Part shown: positions 48,001-58,981 of the stretch, piece by piece
Position numbering within the stretch: the first letter of the stretch is position 1
Layout: every line of letters begins with the position of its first letter
From: a virus
Taxonomy: Duplodnaviria > Heunggongvirae > Uroviricota > Caudoviricetes
IMG/VR virus record: IMGVR_UViG_3300025778_000009
DNA: 64,000 nt
Direction: 5' to 3' (one strand)
Translations under genes and position numbers: made by a program
The notes under the pieces: generated by a model
The model's input: the letters and a program-made list of their open reading frames with translations, nothing else
The model's database searches: none
Told to the model about the DNA's origin: nothing

Positions 48001-51000
48001 GACAAGTACTTACTTCCAATTCTACTGGTGGTATATTCTGGTCCAACTCACTTAATAGTGTTATTGCTAATGATATTACAACAGGTACATTAGCAGCAGA
48101 TTCTATGAATATCGGTAAAGGTTTCTTGACTGTAGGAAATTCAACAGTTAACACTCAGGTTACCAATTCATCTATAGTTGTTCTTTCTATTACTGCTAAT
48201 GGTTCAGTAGGTGCAGCTGGAAGTGTTCTTACTTCTAATGGCAACGGAATGTATTGGTCTAATGCTGTAGCTACTCTACAAGCGCAGACAATTACAGCAG
48301 GTACATTAGCTGCTGATTCTATGAATATTGGAGCTGGTTGGCTTACTATAGGTAATTCAACAGTAAATACACAGATTACAAATACTGCAGTTACTACATC
48401 AATAGCAAGTATTCAAACAGCTTACTTTACATCAGATCAAAGCACACCATTTAACACCTATTCAACTCTATTAGATTCTGCAACTCCTAAAGCAGTTAAT
48501 TTTGCAGGTGTTGCCCTTAATAGTGGTGTTGGTGTTGGGTATACAGTAGAATTTTTTGTTAAGTTTAACTCTATATCAACTGGTGCTCAACAAGCATTTG
48601 GTGCTACAAATGCAGGCACATTAGGTTGGTCAGCCAATACATCAGCAATTTCTATTTACAATTCTGGTTACCATTCAGATACAACTACTGGATGGAATCT
48701 ACAAAGTAACGTATGGTATCACTTTGCCTATATTGGTTATAATGGACAAACATATGTTGCTATAAACGGTAATGTAAAAAGTCTTAATACCCCAGGTGGA
48801 TATAGTGCTTATACTGCAACAGGTACATGGGCAGGCGGCTGGACTAAGTTAACCGGTGATGCAACATTCTCTAACTTTAGAGTAGTAACCGGGCGTCCAA
48901 TTTATAATATACTTGGTTTTGTACCACCAACACAGCAGTTAACACCTATTAGCGGCACACAACTACTCTCATTACAGAGCTCTACATTTACAGATGTAAG
49001 CGGTAAGAGTAGATCTGTAACAACTAATGGTACACCCACACTTGCTATAGATTCTATTTCACTATCTACGGGTGTACTGACTATTGCTGGTAGTATTCAA
49101 AATGGTATTCTTAATACACCTGCTATCTATACAAATTATCTTTATGCTAATAATGCTGCAGGTACTGCAGATCAGTTCTTAGTATCTAATTCAGTAGGTG
49201 GTGTATATTGGGCATCCGAATCTATTGCTAACACAGTATCAGCAAATTCAATTAATGCAACAGCAATAGTAACTTCAACATTAAATGCTGATTCTTTAAA
49301 TATTGGTATTGGTATTTTATCTGTTGGTAATTCAACTGTAAATACTCAAGTATCTAATAATGGTGTGTTTGTATCAGGAAACATACTTGCATCTAATTCA
49401 TACAACAGTGCTACATATGCTTCTAATGCATATATTCAAACACTTGGAGTAAGAGGTTATACCGGTTCAATTGGTATAGGTTATACAGGCTCTACTGGAT
49501 ACACAGGTTCAATTGGTGCTTCTGGGTATAATGGTTCAATTGGTATAGGTTATACAGGATCTACTGGTGCTGGATATACTGGATCTATTGGTGGTAGTGG
49601 GTATACTGGTTCAATTGGTATTGCAGCACTTAATGATTCTAATTGGCAATCAAGAACTGCAATATTTGATTTTGAAGGAACTGCAGGTAGTACATTAGCT
49701 TATGAATATAGACACGGATTTTCATACCCTCTTACTGGTGGCGCTTCATTATCTTCTACTCAAGTAAAAGTTGGTTCAACATCACTTTACTTAGGATCAA
49801 CATCAGGTAGCGGTAATCAAAAATTAAGTGATGTTAATTTTGATAGTTTAGGCGGTGGTAATTTTACTGTAGAATGCTGGATTTACCCAACAGCATTTAA
49901 CAATACAACATACCCTGGCATTTGGGATACTAGAAATACAGGTACAGATACTAACGGTATAGGGGTATTTTTTACCTCAGGTACTAATTTGAATGTTAGA
50001 ATAGCCGGTACAGATCATAATTTTAGTTTATCAACAATAGGTATAACTGTAAATACTTGGACCCATTTAACTATTGAGCGTGTTAATTCAGTAATTACAA
50101 TTTATGTTAACGGTACAAGCGTAGGCACTATATCAGACTCTACTTTATACGATAGAACAACGTTATGGATTGGTAGTACGTTTGATGGTTATTCAATGGC
50201 TGGTTATATTGACAATTTTAGAATTACGTCAGGTATTGCAGTCTATAATGGTAATTTTACACCTTCAGTAAGTGCATATCCTTTATCTCAATATAATATA
50301 ATTGGAAGTACTACTGGGTTTACCGGATCTTCTGGTAATCAAGGGATAATAGGTTATACTGGATCTATAGGTTCAGGTTATGCAGGTTCTACTGGATATA
50401 CAGGTTCACAAGGTACTAATGGTGTTATAGGCTATAACGGTTCTGTTGGCTACACTGGTTCTGCAGGTTTTGCAAACGGTCAATCATTACAAGTACAAAA
50501 CTTAGTAGTAAACGGTGCTATTAGTGCAAACGGTACTAATGGTGTTGCTGGTTATATTTTATCATCTAATGGTAATGGTGCTTTTTGGTCTACACCATAT
50601 ACGTTCTTATCAAATGATTATTTTCAATCTGCAGCAACGGGTGTTTCAAATAATTATGTAACTAACAATATAGGCTCTAATTCCTATAATACAGCAACTT
50701 ATGTTTCTAATAGTTATATTCAAACAGTTGCATCTGGAACTTCAAATAGCTATATTACGAATAATATTGTATCTAATAACTACTTGAATACTCTTTCATT
50801 TGGAGGTTCAAGTATTGGTTATACAGGTTCAGCTGGAACAGCAAACGCAATCTCTCAATCATTTACCGGTGATGGTAATAGATCTTCATTCACTATTACT
50901 AGTTCTATTAAAAATCAAAACAACGCTATTGTAAGTATAAACGGTATTTTACAAGTACCAGTAACACATTATACAATTGCATCTACTAATCTTACTTTTA

Positions 51001-51527
51001 CTTCTATCCCTTCAAATAATAGCGTTATAGAAATACGTAATTTTGAAAATGGTACTGGAGGTGTAGGCGGTTCATTCTCAAATGGTCAAAGTATTGCAGT
51101 TGCTAACCTAACAATTGGTAATACTACTTCTGGTTCAGTATCTAGACAATATGTGCTATATGGCAATACGTACAATACAGCTTCAGAAACTATATTGACT
51201 ACTGACGGTACAAATAGTATACCGGTACCGGGTAACACAACAATTTATTATACTGCAGATATTGTCGGTCGCGGTAAAGATTCTGCTACTCAAACTATTA
51301 ATTACAGAACAGCTATTCAAATTAAAGGCGTTGTTGATAATCAAAACGGCACAACAACTGACGTGGGTAATCTATATGAATTAATTATAGCTAGAGATGT
51401 TGTAGGATTCTCTGTAGATGCAAGAGCAAATAATGCTGCTGATACAATAAATATATTTGCTACAGCAAATACAGGTTATAATGTTAACTGGGTTGCATTA
51501 GTAACTACAGTAGAGGTACCTTATTAA
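45036..51527 (+). CDS. 2163-aa collagen-like fibre protein with LamG/ConA-like domains
   Basis: GYTGS tracts; YTVEFFV..WYHFA and FTVECWI..WTHL..GYIDNFRIT. Confidence 0.8.
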   Translation: MALSFPSNPYQGQTATTGGRNWVFNGAEWVSVGALGYQGSLGFQGSSGYFGSSGYLGSVGFAGSAGIGYVGSLGYTGSKGDTGPSGSSTTTFSYHANTTSTANAYPGSGYFTYNSPSQISATGLYVSHYTSDAVPVDIDLYLGLLANQQPLIIQDITSSENNQHFLITATPKNYNPGTSNSYWFVPVSLVSAAGTGDTNFSQSTSLFLSVVYGATGATGYTGSIGSTGYTGSFGLTGYTGSQGVIGYTGSQGVIGYTGSKGDSGYTGSTGFGGSFGLTGYTGSFGLTGYTGSIGYGGSFGLTGYTGSFGLTGYTGSFGLTGYTGSFGLTGYTGSQGNQGIQGNIGYTGSVGVTGFTGSQGTQGNDGYTGSKGAQGVSGYTGSQGNAGFTGSIGATGTTGYTGSQGIQGNSGYTGSTGQTGTTGFTGSQGFQGDFGYTGSKGDTGSQGNIGYTGSKGDSGYTGSQGSQGIQGSIGYSGSAGYQGSIGATGNTGYTGSQGNQGNTGYTGSKGDQGNNGYTGSIGTTGNTGYTGSKGDQGTQGYAGSAGTNGTNGVDGYNGSAGFTGSQGIQGYTGSAGTNGYNGSNGFTGSTGSQGYTGSIGPQGPQGNFGGETVDYIFNTSTSAANPGTGQVAFNNTNLSSASYLYINQNDNYGSNTFNFLLTIDASTSSIKGHFMIKDSANNADYAMFAITGSHSYSAPYLTVPVSYLSGATSFNASQNVILTFAVTGDRGDVGYTGSQGTTGFVGSQGTIGYTGSQGNIGYTGSQGTQGNIGYTGSTGSQGIAGYTGSQGAQGNNGYTGSIGASGYTGSIGATGNMGYTGSQGIQGVAGYIGSTGQTGAAGYTGSIGATGTTGYTGSQGNQGNIGYTGSIGIGYTGSTGTFASGQDIVAGNVTINGYLSANGSTGTRGQVLASNGAGGIYWTTDQVGNSVTANTVVTSTLAADSINIGVGYLTVGNATVNTVVTNTSIRTSSANILYLSANGVYGGNGQVLTSNSTGGIFWSNSLNSVIANDITTGTLAADSMNIGKGFLTVGNSTVNTQVTNSSIVVLSITANGSVGAAGSVLTSNGNGMYWSNAVATLQAQTITAGTLAADSMNIGAGWLTIGNSTVNTQITNTAVTTSIASIQTAYFTSDQSTPFNTYSTLLDSATPKAVNFAGVALNSGVGVGYTVEFFVKFNSISTGAQQAFGATNAGTLGWSANTSAISIYNSGYHSDTTTGWNLQSNVWYHFAYIGYNGQTYVAINGNVKSLNTPGGYSAYTATGTWAGGWTKLTGDATFSNFRVVTGRPIYNILGFVPPTQQLTPISGTQLLSLQSSTFTDVSGKSRSVTTNGTPTLAIDSISLSTGVLTIAGSIQNGILNTPAIYTNYLYANNAAGTADQFLVSNSVGGVYWASESIANTVSANSINATAIVTSTLNADSLNIGIGILSVGNSTVNTQVSNNGVFVSGNILASNSYNSATYASNAYIQTLGVRGYTGSIGIGYTGSTGYTGSIGASGYNGSIGIGYTGSTGAGYTGSIGGSGYTGSIGIAALNDSNWQSRTAIFDFEGTAGSTLAYEYRHGFSYPLTGGASLSSTQVKVGSTSLYLGSTSGSGNQKLSDVNFDSLGGGNFTVECWIYPTAFNNTTYPGIWDTRNTGTDTNGIGVFFTSGTNLNVRIAGTDHNFSLSTIGITVNTWTHLTIERVNSVITIYVNGTSVGTISDSTLYDRTTLWIGSTFDGYSMAGYIDNFRITSGIAVYNGNFTPSVSAYPLSQYNIIGSTTGFTGSSGNQGIIGYTGSIGSGYAGSTGYTGSQGTNGVIGYNGSVGYTGSAGFANGQSLQVQNLVVNGAISANGTNGVAGYILSSNGNGAFWSTPYTFLSNDYFQSAATGVSNNYVTNNIGSNSYNTATYVSNSYIQTVASGTSNSYITNNIVSNNYLNTLSFGGSSIGYTGSAGTANAISQSFTGDGNRSSFTITSSIKNQNNAIVSINGILQVPVTHYTIASTNLTFTSIPSNNSVIEIRNFENGTGGVGGSFSNGQSIAVANLTIGNTTSGSVSRQYVLYGNTYNTASETILTTDGTNSIPVPGNTTIYYTADIVGRGKDSATQTINYRTAIQIKGVVDNQNGTTTDVGNLYELIIARDVVGFSVDARANNAADTINIFATANTGYNVNWVALVTTVEVPY

Positions 51528-52033
51528 TGACTACATCAAGAACCAGATCATTAATAATAGATAATACAACTAGCTCAGTGCTTACCGGTGTTGTTACAAC
51601 TTCATCTGCAAATGCTGCATCTTACTTATTAAGAAATGCAAGTAGAACATTACCTATTATAATAAAAGAAGCTGGTATTTCAGTTCAAACTATTACAGCC
51701 ACTAAAGGCTGGAAAGTATATAGTAATACTAAAATTACACAAATTGATATGGAATGTATGAAGGCAAATTCTACAGTCTCTAATGCATCAGTTTATCCAG
51801 TTAATACTTCTTATTCTGGTAATGCTATTATAATAAAAGTAAGATCAATTTCAAATACCGGCATTACAACAACATACGGAAACACTGCAATTACTTCTAA
51901 CAATATCTTTTCTTCTTCGGTTGTTAATTATAATATTAATGCAAATGAAACAGTATATGTAGATGTAGTTCAAGTAGGTAATACTGTGCCTGGTTCTGGT
52001 TTAAAAACAACCCTTTATTATTACGGTGGTTAA
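51527..52033 (+). CDS. fibre-associated structural protein
   Basis: VDVVQVG..PGSGL motif; gene context. Confidence 0.6.
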   Translation: MTTSRTRSLIIDNTTSSVLTGVVTTSSANAASYLLRNASRTLPIIIKEAGISVQTITATKGWKVYSNTKITQIDMECMKANSTVSNASVYPVNTSYSGNAIIIKVRSISNTGITTTYGNTAITSNNIFSSSVVNYNINANETVYVDVVQVGNTVPGSGLKTTLYYYGG

Positions 52034-52036
52034 AAA

Positions 52037-53059
52037 ATGTATGCTAAATTAGTTTCACCTAACGGAGTATCTGACGGCACACTTTTTATGAGAGATATCG
52101 TCAGACTATTAACTAGCAACAACCCATCTACTGCTAACCTAGAAGCTTTTAGTAACACATTATCTATTATTGTTGATTCTACACCTGCAGGTTGGTCATA
52201 TATTGGTAGTAACGTTCCAGGTGAAGTTCCAAATTTAAGTCAGCCATTCGCTGGTATTAACAATGGCGGTTTATCTAACACTAATTTTATTATCTCAGCC
52301 CCTTGTGCTTCAGTACCGGTAAACAAATATGCTGCTTTTACTATGGGATCACAATATTCATTAACACCTTATATTAGCACAAGTATTGGGCAAACCGGTT
52401 ATTCAAACGGCCAAATGTTGAACGAAAGCGGAAGAGTATACACTACAAGCACTATAACTGCTAACGTTATTAACGTAAGCATAGATCTTACTAATCCTGG
52501 TACTACATTACATGTAGTTTCTAACCCAAGACATGTCACCATAGTAGTTGAAGGTAAAGGTATTCATGGCATATGGGAATCATCTGCAACAGAAGCGCAT
52601 ATTTACTATAATACAGCACCTTATGTTCAATACGAACAGGCTGATTCTACAACTACTACATATACAGCTTATTTAAATCCTAATAATTATTTTACTGCTT
52701 CTGTTTTAGCTGCTACAAACTGGGGAACTGTAGTTAATCATTATAGCCCTTTCAATAACACTTATAACCCTACATACTCAGTACATCCTAGAAATTCAGG
52801 TAATTTTTATCAGCTATTTGGTCCAGGATATAGACTTAAAACTGTAAGTAATACTGGTATCGGTAAAGCTATGGTTACTCCAATCTGGTATGCTCTTACT
52901 GAACTTGGTTATCCTCCTCAACTGGTAACCGGTGTTACACCAATTTATTATACTAATCCTTTTATAGGCAACTCTGGTGACCCGTTAGTAATTAACGGTG
53001 TTACATATACATACTTTAATGCTGGATCTGGTTTCGGCGTTGCTATGTTAACGAACTGA
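52037..53059 (+). CDS. virion-associated protein, paralog A
   Basis: MYAKL..MRDI.RLLTS.NPS; PAGW.Y.GSN; NPRH.TIV.EG. Confidence 0.65.
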   Translation: MYAKLVSPNGVSDGTLFMRDIVRLLTSNNPSTANLEAFSNTLSIIVDSTPAGWSYIGSNVPGEVPNLSQPFAGINNGGLSNTNFIISAPCASVPVNKYAAFTMGSQYSLTPYISTSIGQTGYSNGQMLNESGRVYTTSTITANVINVSIDLTNPGTTLHVVSNPRHVTIVVEGKGIHGIWESSATEAHIYYNTAPYVQYEQADSTTTTYTAYLNPNNYFTASVLAATNWGTVVNHYSPFNNTYNPTYSVHPRNSGNFYQLFGPGYRLKTVSNTGIGKAMVTPIWYALTELGYPPQLVTGVTPIYYTNPFIGNSGDPLVINGVTYTYFNAGSGFGVAMLTN

Positions 53060-53068
53060 GGTAAAGTA

Positions 53069-54112
53069 ATGTATGCAAAATTAATTTCAGGCGCTAATGC
53101 ATTAAATAATCAAAATGTAATGCGTGATATTGGTAGATTACTTACTAGCCCTAATCCTAGTTTAGCAAACCTTTATGCATTTAGCAATACATTATCAGTT
53201 ATAGTTGATGCGACACCTGCAGGGTGGACATATGTAGGAAGCAATTATGCTAATGATGTGCCAAGTATTAGTACAAATTTAAATGATATTGCTAATACTA
53301 CAACTTCAAATTCTACAAACTTTGTTAACTATGCATTTTATGCACCAGCTTTAAATGGTAAAAACAAATATGCAGTATTAACACAAGGTTGCGTGCCTAC
53401 TACTTCGCCTAATACAGCTCCTAATTTTTGGTTAACAGGCGCAACCAATGCTGCATCTAATGGGTTTATTACAAACGAAGGTGGCAGAATAGGTACAACA
53501 TTAGCAGGTACTGGTGGAACCGGTGCTAATATTGGCATATATGCTAACAACATCGTTATTCATTTAATAGCTAATCCGAGACATATTACAATTGTTGCAG
53601 AAGGCAACTCTATGATGGGTGTGTGGGAAGCCACAAGTACAGATATGCACACCTATTATGGTAAAGCACCTTTTATTCAATATGGACAATTTTCTACTAA
53701 TACAATCACATCTGCAGTTTCACCGGGTGCCACAATTGCAGCAGTAACACAATCTACTTTTTATAATTTTGCAATTGCTTTTGATACATACAATGCCAAT
53801 ACAAGTGGATATGTTGGAAATTATAATTTAAATACAAAAAATAACGTTAATTTATTTACATTATATCAAGTTGAACCATCATTATATAGACGTAATACAA
53901 TCAGTACATCTGGTATAGGTAAGAGTGTATCAGGCCCGGTTATGTTTAGTATGGTTGAACTTGGTTACCCTTTACAAATGATAAGCGGTGTAACTCCTAT
54001 ATATTGGATGAATGCCAATACAGGTATCAGTGGTGATCAAGTTTACATAAACGGCGCTACTTATACGTTTATTAATACTGGAAATGCTGGTATAGCCATA
54101 GGAACAAGTTAA
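53069..54112 (+). CDS. virion-associated protein, paralog B
   Basis: Same motifs as 52037..53059 (tandem duplicate). Confidence 0.65.
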   Translation: MYAKLISGANALNNQNVMRDIGRLLTSPNPSLANLYAFSNTLSVIVDATPAGWTYVGSNYANDVPSISTNLNDIANTTTSNSTNFVNYAFYAPALNGKNKYAVLTQGCVPTTSPNTAPNFWLTGATNAASNGFITNEGGRIGTTLAGTGGTGANIGIYANNIVIHLIANPRHITIVAEGNSMMGVWEATSTDMHTYYGKAPFIQYGQFSTNTITSAVSPGATIAAVTQSTFYNFAIAFDTYNANTSGYVGNYNLNTKNNVNLFTLYQVEPSLYRRNTISTSGIGKSVSGPVMFSMVELGYPLQMISGVTPIYWMNANTGISGDQVYINGATYTFINTGNAGIAIGTS

Positions 54113-55059
54113 TGGCTAGTAGCGCAAATCTTTACACTACAATACTATCACTTTCACCAACTCTTTATTACGTGTGTAATGAAGTAACCGGGTCTACTAT
54201 CACTGATTATGGTAGCGCCAAAGCCAACCTTACACTATCAGGAACATATACATTAGGCGCTAACACTTTAATAGCAAGTGATCCCACTTCATTTTTATAT
54301 CTCGATTCTAATACAACCAATTTTTCTTCTAAAGCACAAGGCAATTTATCCGGGTTTTCTGTGCCTCTAACCGGTGATTATACTATTACCGCTATAGTAA
54401 AATTATACCCTAATACCTCAGTAAATAATACACATATATTTTCTGTAGGAGCATCAGGCGGTAACGCGAATGCTAATTTTCAAGCAGACTTGTATTATAG
54501 AACTGCTAACGGGTTTGTATATAATACACAGAATGGTGCAAAAGTTAACTCAACATTACCGTTTACTGCTTATGATGAATTAAACAGAATTAATTATGTT
54601 ATGCTTGTAAAAAATACTGCAAGTAAATTTGTTAAATTGTATGTGTTTAATTCAAATTTAGTTGCTTATAATACTACATTAAGATTAGGAGGATTTACTC
54701 CTCTACAAACTAATACATACACTACAGAAACTACAGGTGGTGCTAACGCTACAATTAATCTAGGAGCAACGGGTGATACAAACGTTCTATCTAATAGAAT
54801 GGATATAGGACACGTTGCATTTTTTTCAAGACAGCTTACAAATACAGAAATTTTTAGTTTAGCAAGCAATGCTAATTTTAATGTATCATCGGTCTTAACT
54901 TTAGATTCTACTTCTAATACATATGCAGCTAATGTTGTTTCATTCTTTGGTTCACCGTCGCTTACAAAACCTCCAATTACTTTAACTTCTGATGTGTTTG
55001 TAGATCCTTTTCTTACACATCCGGATTTTGGTTATCAAATTGCTACAACAAAATACTAA
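54112..55059 (+). CDS. LamG/ConA-like domain protein
   Basis: P.LYY.CNE.TG.TITD; IGHVAFFSRQLT..EI. Confidence 0.6.
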   Translation: MASSANLYTTILSLSPTLYYVCNEVTGSTITDYGSAKANLTLSGTYTLGANTLIASDPTSFLYLDSNTTNFSSKAQGNLSGFSVPLTGDYTITAIVKLYPNTSVNNTHIFSVGASGGNANANFQADLYYRTANGFVYNTQNGAKVNSTLPFTAYDELNRINYVMLVKNTASKFVKLYVFNSNLVAYNTTLRLGGFTPLQTNTYTTETTGGANATINLGATGDTNVLSNRMDIGHVAFFSRQLTNTEIFSLASNANFNVSSVLTLDSTSNTYAANVVSFFGSPSLTKPPITLTSDVFVDPFLTHPDFGYQIATTKY

Positions 55060-55088
55060 CAATAAATATTATAAAATATGGAATATAA

Positions 55089-57230
55089 ATGTCTGTTCAG
55101 CAAATTCAATTAAACCAAATAGATGTATCTACGAGCTCTAATGGACAAATATTAACGTCCAATGGCACTTCTACGTATTGGGGCAATGGTTTTGCAAACG
55201 GTCAATCCATAGCTGTATCTAATTTAGTAATTACTGGTGCTATTACAGCGGGCGGATCAACCGGTTCTATAGGCGGCACACAAGTACTAACATCTAACGG
55301 TACAGGTGTATATTGGAGTTCTTATGCTGGTAGTGGAGGTTCCTCGTACCCATTTACTTCTAGTGGTACAGCTCCATCAAATCCTAATGTAGGTGATCGT
55401 TGGTATAATACTAATTATGGTACTGAATTAATTTGGATTTACGACGGTAACTCATATCAATGGGTTGATTTATCGTCATCAGGTATTCAAGGTTACGTTG
55501 GTTCTGCTGGTTATACCGGTTCTGCAGGTGCAGGCTATCAAGGGCCAGTAGGATATACAGGGTCAATAGGTTCAAGTACACCCTCTAATACTTCAATAAT
55601 TTTTGTTAATAATACATCATATACTACAAGTGCTGGTTGGAGAAAAGTACCTCTTGATACAGTTCAAAATGATACCTCATCTTGGTGGGATACAACCAAT
55701 CTATGGTTTAAGCCAAATGTAAGCGGATTTTATCTAGTAAATGCTAGAGTTAAATTAGCTACAGCAGGATCAATAGAAACTATTGGTATATACAAAAATG
55801 GTGTGCTAGAAAAATCATTGAGTGCTGATTCTATCTATTCAACATTAGCTCATGCGGGATCAGCCTATGTTTACCTTAACGGTACTACAGATTATATTGA
55901 ATTATATGCATTTATTTTAGCAACAGGTGTAGCTTATGCAACCGGCTCCACTGATACATATTTACAAATTACAGGCCCTACAACAGGTATAGGGTACTCT
56001 GGATCTCAAGGTATTATTGGATATACTGGATCTCAAGGTATTATTGGATATTCTGGCTCTATTGGTTATGTGGGGTCAGTAGGTGTAGCTAGCATTAATG
56101 ATGTAGATTTTCCATACAGAGTTTCAAGACTTACGTTTAATGGTGTTAATGGATCAACTACAACTCTTGATTATGCCGGTACTGATGGTGGTAAACCTAT
56201 AACATTTATAAATGGAACACTTAAAAATACAATAGTAAAATATGGTAATACTTCGTTCGCCTCTTCAGGTGGAGCATCTAATAACTATTTTCAAATTACA
56301 AATACATTAAATTCACCTATAGGGTATTCTGATTTTACCATTGAATTTTGGATGTATCCTACATCATTTAACAACGTTACTAATCCAGGTATTTTTGATT
56401 CAAGAACAAGTGCTCTTGATACTTTAGGTTTTGGTTTAGTATTCGACACGAATACCAATATGGTATTAAAAAACGGAGCAAATAATTATATTTTTTCTCT
56501 TAGCAATTACGGCATTACATTAAATTCATGGAGTCATATTGCTTTAGAGAGAGTATCTGGAGGTTTAACAATCTATGTAAATGGGGCATCTATAACCAAC
56601 CCATTATCATTCAATACATCTTTAACAAATAAAACATATTATATTGCTTCTACTTTTGATGCTAATCCGTTTCAAGGGTATATTGATGATTTTAGATTTA
56701 CATTAGGTAAAGCAGTATACTATACCTCATTTACGGCTCCTACATCAGAATTACCTATTGGATATAGAGGTATTGTTGGATCTACTACAGGATTTACAGG
56801 TTCTATTGGTTCAACAGGTTATTCTGGATCAGCGGGGGTTAATGGTTATTCGGGTTCAATAGGTCAACAAGGTCCAGCTGGCGGGTATACTGGCTCAGCT
56901 GGTTTTACTGGTTCCACAGGATCTGCTTATAATTTAAAACTTAATTCACCTAGTACCACATATACACTTTTACCAACAGATAACGGATCTTTGATTAATA
57001 TTTCTGCTAATGTATCCTTACCATTAAATTTATTTACTGCCGGTCAATCTGTTTCAATTTATAATAGTAATACTACCTCTTCTATTAATATTATACCAAT
57101 TTCTGGAGTAACTTTATATCTTGTTGGTACTGCAAATACAAGCACCAGATCACTATCAGTTAACGGTGTAGCGACTATATTATGTGTAAATAGCAGCTTG
57201 TATGTGGTTACCGGTGGCGGATTGTCATAA
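55089..57230 (+). CDS. modular fibre protein (GYTGS, C1q/TNF-like, LamG)
   Basis: FKPNVSGFY.V..YLNGTTDYIELY; DFTIEFW..GYIDDFRFT. Confidence 0.7.
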   Translation: MSVQQIQLNQIDVSTSSNGQILTSNGTSTYWGNGFANGQSIAVSNLVITGAITAGGSTGSIGGTQVLTSNGTGVYWSSYAGSGGSSYPFTSSGTAPSNPNVGDRWYNTNYGTELIWIYDGNSYQWVDLSSSGIQGYVGSAGYTGSAGAGYQGPVGYTGSIGSSTPSNTSIIFVNNTSYTTSAGWRKVPLDTVQNDTSSWWDTTNLWFKPNVSGFYLVNARVKLATAGSIETIGIYKNGVLEKSLSADSIYSTLAHAGSAYVYLNGTTDYIELYAFILATGVAYATGSTDTYLQITGPTTGIGYSGSQGIIGYTGSQGIIGYSGSIGYVGSVGVASINDVDFPYRVSRLTFNGVNGSTTTLDYAGTDGGKPITFINGTLKNTIVKYGNTSFASSGGASNNYFQITNTLNSPIGYSDFTIEFWMYPTSFNNVTNPGIFDSRTSALDTLGFGLVFDTNTNMVLKNGANNYIFSLSNYGITLNSWSHIALERVSGGLTIYVNGASITNPLSFNTSLTNKTYYIASTFDANPFQGYIDDFRFTLGKAVYYTSFTAPTSELPIGYRGIVGSTTGFTGSIGSTGYSGSAGVNGYSGSIGQQGPAGGYTGSAGFTGSTGSAYNLKLNSPSTTYTLLPTDNGSLINISANVSLPLNLFTAGQSVSIYNSNTTSSINIIPISGVTLYLVGTANTSTRSLSVNGVATILCVNSSLYVVTGGGLS

Positions 57231-58150
57231 TGTTATCAAATTTATTAGTAGGGCAAGGAACAGGACTTGGTGGAGGTATTAGTTCAATAGGCGGATCTAA
57301 TACATTTACAACAGTTGGTACATTTCTTTGGACTGCACCAGCCGGAGTATCATTAGTAAGTGCGGTATGTATTGGTGGTGGTGGAGCTGGAAGTAAAGGT
57401 TGGTCTGGGCATAATGGTTACACTGGCGGAGCTGGTGGTGGTGGGGGAGGTCTTGGTTGGAAAAATAATATTCCTGTGATACCAGGTTTATCTTATACAG
57501 TAGTCGTTGGTGCAGGAGGATTAGCAGGAACAAGTGGAGCAATTTCAGATAATCCTACTTCTAACGGATCTAATAGTTATTTTGTTTCTGCTACTACAGT
57601 CCAAGGCAATGGCGGTCAATCGGCATTCGGTGATACTGGTGGTACAGGAGGCGGTTATGTTGGAACTGGTGGTGGTAACGGAGGCAGCGGAGCTTCTGTA
57701 AGTGGTCTTGGTGATTATGTATCTTCTGGTGGTGGAGGTGCAGGAGGTTATACTGGTAATGGAGGTTCTAGTGTAGCTAATGGATCCGGTAATGCAGGCT
57801 CTGGAGGAGGAGGGGGTGCAGGTGGTTCATCCGTAGATTGGGGTGGATCTGGAGGGGGCGGAGTTGGACTACTTGGTGCAACTTCTCCATCAAATAGTAT
57901 TTTAGGTGTATCTTCTGGAGGAACCAGCTCTCGTACTGCAAACGGCGGTGGAGGCGGTACTGGCGGAGGTTATGATGGTAACTCTAATGATGGTATTACT
58001 GGCTCAGGTGGTTCAGGCGGTCTTTATGGAGCTGGAGGCGGCGGCTGTACTTTTGAGACAGGATCAGCTAATGCTGGTAATGGTGCACAAGGTGCTGTTA
58101 GAATAGTATGGGGAAATGCTGGTGTTTCTTATCCTAACTTTGCTTCATGA
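57230..58150 (+). CDS. glycine-rich virion protein
   Basis: WTAPAGV..VCIGGGG; GAQGAVRIVWG. Confidence 0.7.
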   Translation: MLSNLLVGQGTGLGGGISSIGGSNTFTTVGTFLWTAPAGVSLVSAVCIGGGGAGSKGWSGHNGYTGGAGGGGGGLGWKNNIPVIPGLSYTVVVGAGGLAGTSGAISDNPTSNGSNSYFVSATTVQGNGGQSAFGDTGGTGGGYVGTGGGNGGSGASVSGLGDYVSSGGGGAGGYTGNGGSSVANGSGNAGSGGGGGAGGSSVDWGGSGGGGVGLLGATSPSNSILGVSSGGTSSRTANGGGGGTGGGYDGNSNDGITGSGGSGGLYGAGGGGCTFETGSANAGNGAQGAVRIVWGNAGVSYPNFAS

Positions 58151-58179
58151 TAATAAATAATTAAAAAGGTAATGTTTTT

Positions 58180-58947
58180 ATGGCAATAGATTTTCCAAAT
58201 TCTCCATACTTAGGTCAGGTTTATACTTCAGGGTATAAATCTTGGACTTATAATGGAACATTTTGGCAAGCTAGTCCTATAACCGGTTATACTGGTTCTA
58301 TTAGCCCTACAGTTTTTGTATCAGATTCTCCACCTGCTTTTCCAGCTGTAGGAAATCAATGGTGGAATAGTGCTCTAGGAACTTTGTTTATATATTATTA
58401 TGATGGTACTTCTTACGAATGGGTAGAAGCCGCCCCCGCCGCAGTAGGAGCTACTGGTTATACTGGTTCTAGTGGTATTAATCAGGGTACACCAGTTACT
58501 ACTACTTCTGGAACTTCAACTTCTTTTTCTGGTATTCCTTTTAGTGCTAAAAGAATATCTATTTTGTTTCAGGGTGTGCAAACAAGTGGTACAAGTTTTA
58601 AATTAATTCAATTAGGTACATCAGGTGGTTTTGTTACTTCAAATTACATTGGAAGCAGTGCGTACTATGGTACGTCAACTGGAGTTACTAGTTCCACAGC
58701 TGGATTTCCAATAGCATCTAATTCGTCTTCTGATTTACTATCAGGAAAAATTACTTTAGATAATTATTCAGGAAATCAATGGATTGCAAGTGGTACTCTT
58801 ATATCCTCTAGTAGTAATTACGGTTATACAACAGGTGGGTATATTACAGCAGCTAATTTAGGAGGAGTTCTTACTCAAGTACGCATTACAACAGTTAACG
58901 GAACTGATACATTAGTAGCAGGTGCTTTCAATGTACTTTACGAATAA
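58180..58947 (+). CDS. fibre-associated protein
   Basis: MAIDFPNSP..W.YNG..W; LGGVLTQVRITTVNGTDT. Confidence 0.65.
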   Translation: MAIDFPNSPYLGQVYTSGYKSWTYNGTFWQASPITGYTGSISPTVFVSDSPPAFPAVGNQWWNSALGTLFIYYYDGTSYEWVEAAPAAVGATGYTGSSGINQGTPVTTTSGTSTSFSGIPFSAKRISILFQGVQTSGTSFKLIQLGTSGGFVTSNYIGSSAYYGTSTGVTSSTAGFPIASNSSSDLLSGKITLDNYSGNQWIASGTLISSSSNYGYTTGGYITAANLGGVLTQVRITTVNGTDTLVAGAFNVLYE

Positions 58948-58981
58948 AAATAAATATTAATATGTATAATAAAGAGAAATC